NCBI RefSeq assembly: GCF_000143415.4
Contig: NW_003314261.1
Span: 62,001-126,000, forward strand
Reading direction: 5' to 3'
DNA: 64,000 nucleotides
Origin: Selaginella moellendorffii
Taxonomy: Eukaryota; Plantae; Lycopodiophyta
The notes beneath the pieces were generated by a model. That model was not told the origin of the DNA. It did no database searches and saw only the letters and a program-made list of their open reading frames with translations. Below are positions 22,391-35,855 of the stretch, piece after piece. The position numbers and the translations under genes are program-made. The stretch's first letter is position 1; every line of letters starts with the position of its first letter.

Positions 22391-25300
22391 AGGGGGGGGG
22401 TGGCATTTTGTAGAGAGCATTGAAGCATTTTTTGTGTTTGAGCGAGCGTTGGGGGAGGTGCCCCTCCTTCCCCCAACAAATGGTGAACCCGGCGTCACAT
22501 GCAGCACTTTTTGAGGAGTCATTTTTCTCTTTTTCTTTGGGCTGCAGAATTTGGGAAGGACTTCCTTGTTCGTCTTGCAGTAGTTTTATTTGATCTTAGG
22601 CTTGCTGGATAGATCTAGAGCTCCTCTTTCCAGAAAGGTATGGCGTTCATCAAGCTGTGCAGTATTTGAAGAGATATAATGTTTCTTGGCTTAGTCGGAG
22701 GAACATTTTGGGGTTTTCACTTTCTCGCCTCGATCCTCGGCCCAATTTCTCAAAGTAGTGCATTTGGGCTTGTAGATCTGGTCTAGATCTATGAGTAGTG
22801 GTGATTCTTGGCACTAGATTTGAGCAAATTGACGGCATGTAAAAGGATTTTCTTCTCTGGCTAGATTGGTTCATCTTTGTAGTAGGGATTCGTGCTCCTC
22901 TGGGCTTCATTTTGGATGCCGTTTGTTTCTAAAGGTGCTCTTGGTCCTAGGATCTCCAGAAATACCAACGGTGCCTTAGTATCAATCTACATCAGTGACA
23001 TGCACATGTTTTTCCACAATATTGGCATTCAGGGCTAACTCTTTGTGGATTTCAGGGGATATTGAGGCGGCTTCTTCACAAATTCTTGCAATAAGAGGGT
23101 AGAAGAGGCTGAGCACTTTCCAATGAGCCCACTAACAGTAAAAATGGGGAAGGATTGAGACTAGAGGACTCATTTTCCTCTTTTGGGCTAAACTTTATTG
23201 GAGGTTTCTTGGGAATGAAGCAATCTTCAAGGAACAGGTAGGCATAGAAACAGGAACAGGGGGAGCAAGAACAAGGGTTGGCATAAGAACAGGGACAGTA
23301 GGAACAGGCACAGGGATAGGAGTTGGTGTTGGAGTAGGAGTGAGAGCAGGTGGTTACCGGTTATAGGTCCCCGGCTACTAGTTACCGATTACCAGTTATT
23401 GGTTACTGGCTACTCCAGCGGCTACTCTAGCAGCTACTTCAGTGGCTACTCTAGCGGCTACTCCAGCGGCTACTTCAGCGGCTACTCCAATGGCTACTCC
23501 AATGGCTACTTCAACGGTTACCCTAGCGGCTACTCCAGCGGCTATGGGTCAATGGTTACGTGTGCTTGAGGCCTACATCTACCTCCATTTTGACCCTTAT
23601 TTCTCTTCGTCATAGGCATGTTGGGCAACTTTGAGCAACTTGAGCACTATCCTACAGTCTTCTTGGTCCTTTCAACCTAGTTGCCTTGACCGGGCATTTG
23701 CAATGTTTGGGGTATTTGATGCCGGTACAAACTAGACGTGTAAAAAATTGGCACCCTTTTACGATACCTCAAGGCCCTAAGGTATGGATTGAACTTTCTA
23801 ACATCCAAAGGTAGCTTAGGTATGACATTGCACCTTCTTGGGCCGAGTCCTCTTCATCTTCGGTAGATTCCAGTGACTTAGATCTACAAGCTATGGCACA
23901 GCAACCTTTAGCTCGACCTCAGCTTCATGTTCTGCAGAAGGGGACTGATCTACCTACCTTTTCAGGTGTTAGAATAGTCTCTCCAACATTGCATATCAGT
24001 CGCTTTGATGACTACTGCACCACTAACATGATCGTCGACGATGATCGTATATGCCTTGACTTCTTGCAGTCTCTCGAAGGCAAAGCAGCAACTTGGGCAG
24101 ATTCTCTCTGTCCAGAGGACCAAACAGACTTCTAGACACTGCTTGCTTCTTTCAGAGAATGTTTGGTGGAAGAAAAACCCACAAATCGGCTACTTGTTGA
24201 CCTCTTTTCATTCCGGTAGGGTGCTCACAAGTCTATTTCTGATTACATCACCCGGTTTTGAGCATACTAGAAGCAATGTTGGGATTGCAGAGTGGTCCAA
24301 GATGAGCAACAGGGGATCACAGCATTCACAGCAGGTCTGCATGGGAACTTGCAGCGGAAACTTCTTAACAAGACATTTAGCTCTTGTCGCAAGGCATTTT
24401 TGTTTGCCTGGAAGTTGGAAAGAGAGCTTCTTGTTGACCTAGGGATTGCTATAGTTGATTTTGACCAAGCCATCACCCTGTCAGAGTCACCTTGTGCAGC
24501 TGTTCGCCCATCCACAACAAAGCCCGTCGCTGTTGAGCATACACCTTCGGCTATTGAGAACTTTGCCAATGAGATGCGGCAGTTGAACGAGATCATTCTT
24601 CAGCAACAATCACACCATGACAAATGGCTCCAAGAGCTGGTGGAGTCCAGGAAAGAGGCCATTACAGCTCGGGAATGCAGATTTAAGTCTCGTTGGTGCA
24701 CTCATTGCAAGATGAACACACACAACACACAGCGCTGCTTCAAGCTTCACCTAGAGCTTTGGCCTCCACCTTCCCAATGTATCCAACAACATCCCTTTGC
24801 TGATAATCCACATCGTCTCGGAGTCCCAAGACATATTAGGAGCAGTTGGAGCGACAAGCAATTGAGGCAGCCCCTTCGTCAAGCAAAGGCAAGGCACCAG
24901 CCTCATTAGTCATCACGATTTTGGTAGCCAAGGAACTCTATAGGCAACAGCAGCAAACTGTAGCCACTCGAGCCCAAGCAAAGAAGGAAGCTGCTCAGCC
25001 TGCCACAGATCCCCCGGTGCCAGTTGAGAGCGAATCTCCATTGGCATCAGTCCCAGTATCACAGAGGGTGGCTTGTAAGCTCCCCTTCAAGTCATTACTC
25101 TCTTCTCCTCCTGAGATCTCACCAACAGCTACTCCTGTTCTGGAGCCGGTTCTTCAACAGCTGGTTGACACTCCCGTCACCTTTTCGCTCTGAGATATGT
25201 TGTGTCTTGTCCCAGGATTTGGCCAGCGTTTAAAGGAGTTTGCACGGTCAGGAACACCAGAGAGCACTCTCAAGAGGACCCCTCAAGAGGTGCACATTGT

Positions 25301-28300
25301 TGACATGACAAGATATGGTGGAGATCCTGGTCCATTCTTTGTCCCGGTGCAGATTGGTACTTCCTCTTGTAGGATGGATGCTTTGGTTGACTCCGGTTCT
25401 GGAAGCAACATTATCTCTCTCGAAGCCACCCTTTCAGCACAGCTACAGATCACCAAGAGCTCCTCCATTGTGCTCAAGACCTTCACCAACCACACTGTTC
25501 CTCCAGCGGGCATTTGCTGTGGTGTCAAGGTTTCAGTGCAGGGTGTTATTTCTGAGGTAGATTTCCTCGTGGTTGACTACCAACGTCTTGGAACATCCTC
25601 ATTTAAGGACTCTGTCATCCTTGGCCGCTCATGGCAAGTCACAGCCCATTGCACCATTGACAACGCCCAAGGCAAGATGGAAATTAGCGATGAAACCCAT
25701 CGTGCCACTTTTCTCAACAACCATGGTAAAGCTCTTTCTCAGCATGCCCAGCAGGCTCAGACTAAAGTGTTCTCCACACCACACTTTCCTCTTGAGCTCA
25801 CAGAGGCTTTTCCTGAGTTGGCAGTGGAGTCAACCATCTATACGACGGATGCTTTCTCATGCAATGTGATTGACATTGTTGGAAGTGAGTTAGATAGATT
25901 GAGACATCTCTCAGCTTCACTCTCTTTATTTGAGAGTAAGGCCGAGCCTCTAGCCATGCCCTCTTTATTTGATAGCGGGGCTTATAGAGTATGGGTTCCT
26001 ACATCCAGCTTTCCGGAGTGTTTCTCAATAGAGGAAGGGCTCCTTGATTCGTTCCTTGCATGGGACCAACTCTTTCTTATGGAGCTTGACAACACGGTCA
26101 CTCCAGAACAGGTCTATCTTTCGCAGCACACAGCCGAACTCAATCCTCCTCAGCAACTATCTGAGATGTTACTCAGCCAGCATCTTCCTACAAAAATCAT
26201 GGTAGTTGACAACTCCGAGTGTATTTTGTCATGCCGTTTGTTAGAGATGGAAGAAGACATCCAGACACACAACTGGCAGAAAGAATCAAGCCAATCGAAC
26301 GTGCTGCATGCAACTTATAGCTCTTTGAGTTCAAAATTTCCTACCATAGAGCCCCCGGTACAGTTCCAAGTGTATTACACTGAAACTTCAGCACCAGACT
26401 TGGAATGGACTGCGGTGGAGGATCTTCCTTCACTTACAGAGTACTTGGTTACAGTCCTTGCATTGGACATTGAGTGCTCAGAGCATCAGAAGCAAAGAGA
26501 ACAAAAGACAAAGACTCTGGATCCAACAACAACGTTCTTACCAGACTAACCAGAGACGGTCTTGCTAGATGTGGTGTCCCCCGCATCTTTATTTGAAGAA
26601 GAGGACACTCCTAGGATTACAGCTTATTTTGACGGTGCTTTCTGCCCCAAAAACCAGGTAGCCAGCATCAGAGTTTGGATGATTGATTTTGTGGAGAACA
26701 AAGTAGCCGACCTCTCTATTACTTTGCCAGAAACATCAGCTAACGAAGCAGAGTACTTGGCAGCTATCAGTGCCATGAAGTTGGCCACAGATCTCAAGTT
26801 TAGGTGAGTCACTTTCGTTGGAGATGCACAACTCATCATATGCCAACTTACTGGAGAATACCAAGTCCGCAAAGAGAACCTGAAAGAGCTATGGCAGCGG
26901 GCGGTCAACCTGAAGGATGAGTTCTCTCAGGTGACTTTTCAAAGTGTCCCTCGTGAAGAAAACTTTTGGGCAGACATGTTATCACATCAAGCAATCACCA
27001 TGATGCGAGAGGCAAAAGGCACTTCCTGCTCTTTAGTTTCCAAAGTCAAGGAGGAATCTGAGATAGATGAGCCCCCTGAGCCCAAGGTTTCTCCAGACTC
27101 CAGGGTTCATGCTGTTTTCCTACGCGTCTGCATTGACTTTCAAGACTTGAACAAGGCAACTGCGAAAGATCACTTTCCAACTCCATTTATCGATGTGATT
27201 GTGGATGAGATGGCTGGACACCGTTACTACTCTTTCATGGATGGCTTTTCAGGGTACAACCAGATCTTCATTCATCCCGATCATCGAGATCTTATGGCCT
27301 TCCAGACACCTTGGGGCGTCTTCGCTTTCAACGTCCTCCCATTTGGCTTGTGTAACGCCGGAGCTACGTTTCAGTGCTTTATGACCCATGCCTTTCATGA
27401 CTTGATGGGAGGCACCTTGAGGGTGTATATGGATATGGATATGGATATATGGATATGCACGACCTCTGACTCCTTTGAGGACCACCTTGTGCACTTGGAG
27501 CAGACCTTCACTCGTTGCCGACAACACAAGTTTTCATTGAACCCGGCAAAGTGTAAATTCGGGGTGACTGAAGGCTGGCTGCTGGGCTTTGATGTCTCAC
27601 AGGAAGGGATCAAGCCCTAGGTAGCCAAGGCTCAGGAGATTCTAGATCGGAACCCACCAACCAACGTGAAGCAACTTTGTAGCTTCCTTGAGCAAACGGG
27701 TTTCTTTCGCTGTTTCCTCCACAACTATGCTACATGTTCACAGCCTCTGATAGCTTTGCTACAACAAAATGTTCCATTTGTCTGGGGTGAGCCCCAGCAA
27801 CAAGCCTTTGAATCACTAAAGCAGTCACTCCACATGGCCCTGGTACTCCAACCACCAGAACGACAACTTTCTTTTGACTTTTACATCACAACGGGTATAG
27901 AGGCTCTTGGAGTTGCCTTTGCCAATGTTCACAGCCTGGCAAGCCACCACATGGAACATACTATGCATCACATTTGTTCAAGGAGACTGAGAAGAAGTAT
28001 GTGGATGCAAAAAAAGAACCAGTGGCTGTTTTTTACACCTTGGAGCGATTTCGTCACTTTCTCACTGGAGCCCGTATCCATTTCCACATCTATTTTAATG
28101 TTTTGACCTTTCTTTTACAGTAACCGATCCACAGTCCTCGTACTTTATCCTGGATTGTGAACATCCAAGAGTTCCAGCCAACTTTTCACATGCGGCAGAA
28201 GTGTGTGATGGATCTGAGCGAGTTCCTGGTTGCCGAAGCTACTTCCTTTGTGGTCCCAGCAGCATTACAGGACATTGCAGTGTACCTGGATTCATGTCAA

Positions 28301-31221
28301 TTCCCAGCGGATTCCTCACCACTACAACAAAAGGCATTGGAGATCCGAGCACGAGGGTTTTGCCTTCTCAACGGACACCTTTATAGGAGGACTTCTCAAG
28401 AAGTTTTGTTGTGGTGCATGGGTGAATACGAGGTCCCTGAGCTCCTTCGCGCTTTCCACTCTTGTGCAGGGCATTTCTCAGGACGAGTCACAACACAGCT
28501 CCTCTTGCGCCATGGCTATTTTTGGCCTCGGATTCACTAGGATAACTTGGCCTATGCAAAGGCATGTGAGCAGTGCCAACGATTCAACCCCCAGAGCCAT
28601 GTTCCACGTCTTCCTTTCCAGATCATTACTTCTCCGGGTCCCTTTTTCCAGTGGGGACTTGACTTCGTCGGCCCAATCAACCCACCGAGCTCAAAAGGAC
28701 AGCGATACATTATCGTGGCAACAGACTATTTCACAAAATGGGTTGAGGCCACCCCTCTGCGATAGGCAGATCAACAGTCTATAGCAAAGTTTGTCTACGA
28801 GTACATCATTTGCCGATTTGGAGTTCCTCCTGTTTTCATTTCCAATCGTGGTAGCGGCTTCCTTGGACAGGTGATGCAGCATCTTCTCCAGCGGCTGCAA
28901 GTCAAGCACGTGAAGAGCAGCAGCTATTATCCTGAGTGCAATGGCCAGGTGGAGTCCGGCAACAAGATATTGAAGATAGTCATCTCAAACCTTGTGGAGG
29001 ATCACCCAAGGCGTTGGCATGAGCACTTGGTTACGGCGTTGTGGGCCTTTCGGACGTCCATCTCTGTGACCCCATTCTCCCTTGTCTATGGGATAGAGGC
29101 CATGCTTCCAGTGGAGATCCAGGTGCCATCGCTCTCACTTTCACTTCGATACGCAGCAGCGATGCAGCTTAGCGATGAGGACAAACTTCATGCACGTGAC
29201 TTGGAGGTTCTTGCCTTGGAAGAACAGTGACAATCCACGATTGAACATCTCCTTCGAGGCAAGCAGAAGATCAAGTCCGTCATTGATCACAAGCGGTCTG
29301 CCGAACCATTCGAGGATGGCAATCTTGTTCTACTCAAGGAGTTCACGCCACCTTCGAAGTTTTGCCCTCGTTAGACCGGCCCCTACTTTGTCCAGCGACA
29401 CATCGGAGGTGGAGCATATGTGCTAGTTGATGCTGATGGATGTGAGCTCCCACACTCTCACAACCACTCTCATCTCAAACGCTTCATCCGGTGAGGCATT
29501 CTTCTTCTCTTCTTTTTCTTTTTCTTTTTCTTCCTTTCTTTCACTTTACTTTCATGGCTTTTTTTCCTTACTTTCAGGGGGTGTTTCTCCATTGGACCAT
29601 GGCCCATGCCTTGGATTTCGCCCTCAGGCTGCATTGCCATTTGTATGGAGGTTCCTCACTTGACCCGGTCTATGTTCTAGGTTCTTTGGCCCTTCCCTTA
29701 CCATTACTACACCCCACACATTCCTCTCACTCATTCCATATCATCTACACTCATATTTCCATCACCAATCACTTCCAGCAGCATTGCCCGCACTTATCTC
29801 TAGATGCCCGTCTTGCATCTTTCATTCTTTCACCATCATTCACATCTCCGCTTGAGGTCACATTTACACCATACCATGGAAACATATACATGCACCAGCA
29901 GCAAAAGACACCACCTCAATTGGATGTGCCGTTTCTGAGATATCCTTACGACCATTTGCCGACGACACACTAGCTTTTCTGGAGTGACTTTCTTCCAACC
30001 AGGTGAACCTGTTCACTCAAGGAACCTAGGTGGATCTTGAGGTGAGGCCACAGAAGCCAAAGCCACTTTCTTCTACTCCAGCACTCAGTGGACACATGCC
30101 ACCTCTCTTTACCGGCAACACAGCGACTACGCCGTCCTTTTCAGCTACTGACTTCTTTAGTCTGACGTTTCAGAGATGGCCACCTCCTCAAAGTGCCACC
30201 ACCATCTCATCTATCGGTGCTGGAGCAGGAGTAGGAGCGAGAGCAAGTGGTTACCGGTTACAGGTCCCCAGTTGCTAGTTACTAGTTACCAGTTACCGGC
30301 TACTCCGAGTGGTCAGCACTTACTCTACGAGCCAACGGTTATCAATGGCTACCTTTTCAGAGTGCCACCACCATCTCGATGCTCCACCATATCACGGTGG
30401 TGGACCAGGTGCACGAGTAGGAGCGAGAGCAGGTGGTTACCGGTTACTGGTTACCACTTACCGGTTACTAGTTACCGGCTACTCTGAGTGGTCCGCGCTT
30501 ACTCTACGGGCTAACAGTTATCAATGGCTACCTTTTTTAGAGTGCCACCACCATCTTGGTGCTCCACCATATCACTCCATCTTTCATCATTTCCATACTT
30601 ACCACCTTTGGGCAACCCATCCCCTCTTCTATCTTTCTTTTTTTCTCAAAGTCGAGCAATCCTTGGAGCATACCGGAAGTCATCAAGAGGCTGCATTTGC
30701 ATATTACACTTTCCTGAGCCAAAATCTAAGTACGGGTTAAGTTCTTTGGGTGCTCATTTTTTTTCCTCTATTTTCCTCCTCTTTTCACACTTTTTCTGCA
30801 CTTTTTCTTCAACTTCAGGGTCCAGTTTGACTACAGGGTTTCCCACCGGGTTTTCCTCCCTGTCTCCAAACTTCACACCTACCTCTTTTCTTTCTTTTCC
30901 ACTTTGTTTTCCAGAGGTTCTACTGTTTCACGCAGTTACCAGCACTTGGCATCAGTAACAAAGGTATACTCTACACTCTTCAAAAGGTTCTCGCGCATCT
31001 GGAGCCAACACAATCCATCATGGTCGCATGTTAGGGCGTGGCCATTGAGAGAGTGAGAGAGCGAGAGAGGGAATATTTTGATCTCAGAATATTTCCTATC
31101 TTCCTGGTATAAAACCCTTGCCCCACATGGGCAAGGGGGGGGGGGGCATTTTGCAGAGAGCATTAAAGCATTTCTCGTGTTTGAGCGAGTGTTGGGGGAG
31201 GCACCCCTCCTTCCCCCAACA
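22391..31221 (+). mobile_element. Tat-type Ty3/gypsy element with an extra RNase H, inserted in the chromovirus pol
   Basis: LTR 3' ends are duplicated at 22391-22478 and 31134-31221. PBS TGGTGAACCCGGCG at 22481 (tRNA-Trp-like). gag about 23893-24900, protease LVDSGS, extra RNase H YFDGA..NEAEY..GDAQL..NFWAD at 26615-27000, RT 27120-27620, integrase WGLDFVGP at 28270-29230. Confidence 0.85.
23407..23545 (+). repeat. 12-bp tandem repeat GGCTACTCCAGC in the 5' UTR of the Tat element
   Basis: About 11 visible units. Confidence 0.9.
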
Positions 31222-34200
31222 GGACTTTGAGGTAGAAACGGATGCTTCAAACTTTGCATTGGGTGTAATGTTGAAGCAAGACAACCATCCAGTAGCATTC
31301 TTCTCGAAGAAGTTAGACAAAGCTCAGCAGAAATGACCTACCCACGAGAAAGAATTGTTTACAGTGGTCAAGGCGCTCAAGGAGTGGAGACACTACCTTG
31401 GGAGACACTTCAAGGTTTACACGGACAATGTGGCAACAAAACACTTGTCACAACCCGACCTGAGAGGGAAACAGGGTCGGTGGGCCAATGCTTTGGCCAA
31501 GTTTGATTGCAAGATTCTATACAAGCCTGGGAAGAGCAACATCCTGGCAAATGCTCTGAGTCGAAAAGCGAGCTTGAAGTTGGCAATATCTAGCGCGATA
31601 GCAATCTTTTGGGATGATGTGCGGACAGTATATGAAAACGATAGTCTAGCACAAGAAGTGTTGCTGAGGAACCTAGAGGCGCAAGAAGCTCACTAGAGAG
31701 ATGAGCTGCCAACAGAAGAGAAAACAAGCTATGTGGAATGCAATAGACTCAACAAACGAGGGTGTATGTTCCAAAAGGGGAACTAAGGAAGGTAGCCTTA
31801 GAAGAGTGTCATGACGGACCTCTTGTGGGATACAGCAGAGTGCCCAAGACAATGGGCTTACTCAAGAGGAAGTATCACTGGCCAAATTTGGCTAAGGATG
31901 TTCAAGACTATGTAAAGACATGTCCAACATGTCAGCAGGTCAAAGCCATGACTAAGGCTAGTAAGGGCTTGTTATAAAGCATCCCAATTCCAGATCGTCT
32001 GTGGAAATGCCTAATGATGGACTTCATCATGGGACTTCCCCCAAGCGAATGGTTTGATGTGATATTTATGCTGGTGGACCGATTTTCGAAGATGGCACAT
32101 TTCATACCCACCATAATGGAAGTGGATGTGGAAGGTGTGGCAAAGCTATTCTTCGAACAAATGGTTCGAGTGTAGGGAAGGCCAAAAGAGATCATCTCAA
32201 ATTGAGATAAGATCTTCACTAGTACGTTCTAGAGAACGCTCCTGGAACAGTATTGCACCAAGTTGAAATTCAACACAACCTATCACCCCCAGACAGGTAT
32301 TGGGTATTATGTCAAGTTGGATGGCACTAACACCTCTTGACAGATGGACAAACGAAAAAGGTGAATAGGCAATTGGAGGATTATTTGCGATGCTATATCT
32401 CGGGAGACCAGACCGATGGGGTAAGTCATTTGGGATTTGCAGAAATGTGCTATAACAACTCACTACATTCGAGTATTGAGGTGAGTCCATTGGAAGTTAT
32501 CAATGGGCGAGCTATTGAAGGTCCTGTGGAACTCGGTGTGGCCAAGTATCATGGAGAGTTACCTGTGGTAGAGGCATTCACAGCGAAGAGACTCAACATT
32601 TGGAATCTAGTGAGGCCTTGAAACGGGCTCAAGAAATGCAAACCAAGTACGCGAACCAAAAGCATCAGGATGTAGAGTTCCAACCTAGGGAGAAGGTGTG
32701 GCTAAACACCAAGAACCTGAGGCTACCAAGTGGGATCAGTCGGAAGCTGACCTAAAGGTAAAAATGCATGTATTCCTAGAAATGAACTGATCTTGAGTTC
32801 CTTAAACAAGTTCGCGGGGCCTTACGAAATTGAGGCACGAATCGGTAAAATGGCTTACTGCCTCTGACTTCCTCAAGAGATGGGGAAGATACACTTAGTG
32901 TTCCATGTAAACTTACTCTAGCCGTACTTTGAGAATCCACTTTGCAAGGATCAAGTAAAACCTACCTAAGGTTATTGAAAGGGAAGAGGAATACAAAGTC
33001 GAGGCCATCCTCAATGCGTGCAAGAGCAAGCGACAAGGACACGAGGTAAGGGAGTTCTATGTAAAGTGGAAAGGATTTTCACACTGCGAAGTAATATGGG
33101 AACCAGAGGAGAACCTAGCAACGCGCAAGATCTAGTGGAGGAATTTCTGCAAGGCAAAACTCTATGTACTTATGCAAAGTTCAATTAAAATATCAATTTG
33201 CAAAGTTGAGCGTGGGAGTGAGCATGGACTTGGGTGGTGCCGAAGGGGCTACCCTAGGAAGTGCTCAAGAGCAGTTCCCGCTCCCGAAAGGGAAACCGAT
33301 TGCAGTGCTCCCAACTCATGTGGAGTGGTGCCCCACTTGAGTACCTTGTGACTCACTAATCCTCACCCTTCCTAGGGGCTTGGGCCTTCTCTTTGGGATG
33401 GAAGTGGGGGAGTAGGAGTACCCACACCAGCCCATTAGGTTCGCACTTAGCTTGGGTACAAGGTACACACCACTGAAACCACTTGTAAGCTTCAGCAAGA
33501 TGGTACCTCGACCAATGATCTGGAATTGTCTTCCGTCCCCTACGGCAACTGTGGCTGGTGGATCGACATCTTGGAGCGTCTTGAACCACTGAGCATCATG
33601 TGTCAAGTGATCTGTCGCTCCTGAATCAAAGAAAAAAGTCTCTTGATTTTTAGATGCAATATAGAGAGAACGTACGGAAACAAAAGCTGTTGCATTGGGT
33701 TGATGAACCATCAATGCCTTAGCCTTCGTCTTCGGTCGTTTCTCTGGGTACTTGAACCAATAGTTGTTTTCTGCATGACTGGTTTTCTTGCAATGTGGGC
33801 AGGGGGCAAATGTCTTTGTGCTGGAAGAACTCCCATTGGAACATGACGATTTCTTCTTGCTTGTTCTGGCGGTGGTGTTGTATGAGGAAGTCTCAGTCTT
33901 CTCCATCGTCTTGCGGCACAAAGCGGTGTTTTGTAATGCCGTAGTGACCTCTTGCCAAGAAAGTTGACTGCCTGGGACTGGTTGCAGCGACTGAATAGAG
34001 CAGGATGGGAGCGTGCTGAGGAGATGCTCGCATTCCTCAGCTTCATCCATTTGCGCTCCCACGGCAATCAAGTCGTCTAGGATTTGCTTGACAGCGATGT
34101 GTGTGGCAAGATCATCAGCCTCGGATATTGTCATGGAGTAGAGCTTCCGTCTAAGATGCACACGTTGGCTGGTGTCTGCTCTGTGAGAGTCACCTGCCTT

Positions 34201-35089
34201 TGTGCACCGTGACACGGCCCGGAAATTCTTGTGTCCAACGCCTGAAGAACTTACCAAGGGCTTTGCGATTAAGCGCAACCCATTTGTCCTTTTCGTCTTG
34301 AGGAGCTGCTGCACCAGGTGCAAGGTCTCACGCTGTCACTCCCCACAATCCACGTTCATCTAGGTAGTATTCGATCCGTCGTTTCCAGATTGAAAAATCA
34401 GTGGCCGTGAATTTTGGAGGCGCTGCATCGGCTGTGACGGTGATGGAAGGGATTGGAGGAGGAAGGGGAGAAAGAGGAGGAGGTGGAGGAGGAGGAAGGG
34501 GAGAAAGAGGAGGAGGTGGAGGGGGAGGAGGGGAAGGAGGAGGAAAAGGCGTAGCCATCTCCTTAGGAGACGCTCCTATCCACTCAGTCCAGTTTTGAAG
34601 AACCCTAACCAACCGATCCTTGCTCTAATGCATCTGGTGATGCATCGCGTTGCTGCTCATGCATGCCTACGCATCCTACGTTGCTGTCTTCGTCTCCTCG
34701 TCATCCAGGATCGATGAACCTACCATGTTGTGGTTTTATTGAGATTGAATTCTCTAACCAAAATAAAAGAATCAACCGGAAGTGTCTCCCTACGTGACAT
34801 GTCAGCCACGTACTCTAACACAAAGGAGTCTCGAGCTAAAGCCTTCGTGAGTATATCAGCCACCATTGCTCGGTGGGGCAATATTCCAGCAACAACTTTC
34901 CATTTTGGACTTGTTCCCGCACGTAGTGGAAACGAATCTCGATGTGTTTTGTCCGAGAATGGAAGCGAGGATTGGCGGCCAGTGCAAGGATCACTCGGAC
35001 AGAGGTCAACTTCACAACTGGTGAGTACGTCTCCATGTATTCCAAACCTGGAATCTGGCTGAATCCCCATGCGACAACCTGGCCTTGAA

Positions 35090-35790
35090 TTTTGCGGAGA
35101 AAGCAGTGATGGCGAGAGTTCCATATTGACAAGCAGTTGGATGCCTTATTTATCTAGCCAGTTGGAGCAATCTCAAGATTTCTTGAGACTCCAGGAGAAG
35201 TTCATTGGAGTGCTGTTAAACGAATTTTCAGGTATTTGCGAGGAACAGCAGGATATCAACTGAGCTACAGAAGCAGTAGCAGCGTGTCTAGCAGCAGTGG
35301 GAGCTCCAGGAGTATGCAACTTGTCGGCTTTACAGACTCAGATTGGGCTGGCGACAAGGATACAAGAAGATCAACTTCAGGATATCTTTTCTTCCTGGAT
35401 GGTGGACTTGTCAGCTGGAGCAGCAAGCGACAAGCAATCATAGGACTTTCATCCACCGAGGCTGAATATATTGGTGCAACAACAGCAGCTCAAGAAGCGA
35501 GGTGGCTTACAGATTTTCTGGAGCAGATTGGTGTTCCAGTGCAGCAGCCAGTGACTTTGTTTTGTGACAATCGAAGCGCGATTGAGTTGTCGAAAAATCC
35601 GAAGTTCCATGGCCACACCAAGCACTTCGAGATAAAGGTACATTTTATTCGAGAGCAGGTTCTAGCGAACAGAGTGCAGCTGAGCTATTTTTCGATGAAG
35701 CAGATGACAGCAGACATTATGACAAAAGCTTTGAGCAAAGACAAGTTTCAACAACATCGTGAAGGTATGAGCGTTATGGAGTATCGATGT
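35090..35790 (+). mobile_element. Copia RT-end/RNase H fragment
   Basis: GFTDSDWAGDKDTRRSTSGY, LSSTEAEY, CDNRSAI, ADIMTKAL. Confidence 0.9.
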
Positions 35791-35855
35791 AGACTGTGCA
35801 AGAGAGAAATGGTTGTATGATTGAAACTTTCAATATAGAGTAGTGGATCAAGGCT

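Larger units (their letters stand above)
17668..33437 (+). mobile_element. Ty3/gypsy chromovirus, decayed, inserted in Copia B
   Basis: 5' LTR 17668-19943, PBS TGGTATCGAAGCC at 19947, gag CYNCGEAGHFSRKC, protease LIDTGAS, RT 21780-22390, RNase H FEVETDAS at 31225, integrase 31760-32620, chromodomain about 32990-33150, partial 3' LTR about 33210-33437. Confidence 0.9.
17296..34820 (-). mobile_element. Copia element B inserted in A; central pol deleted
   Basis: LTRs at 17296-17415 and 34726-34820, TSD CAAAC/CAAAG. RNase H end at 17416-17655. gag/protease at 33440-34620 (CPHCKKTSH, FFFDSGATDH). Confidence 0.8.
17057..35090 (-). mobile_element. Copia element A remnant (family of 57295-61681), split by nested insertions
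   Basis: 3' LTR at 17057-17194 plus PPT/RNase H end to 17295. It resumes at 34821-35090 as the reverse complement of the 61.3-61.46 kb and 60.23-60.33 kb sequence. Confidence 0.85.
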
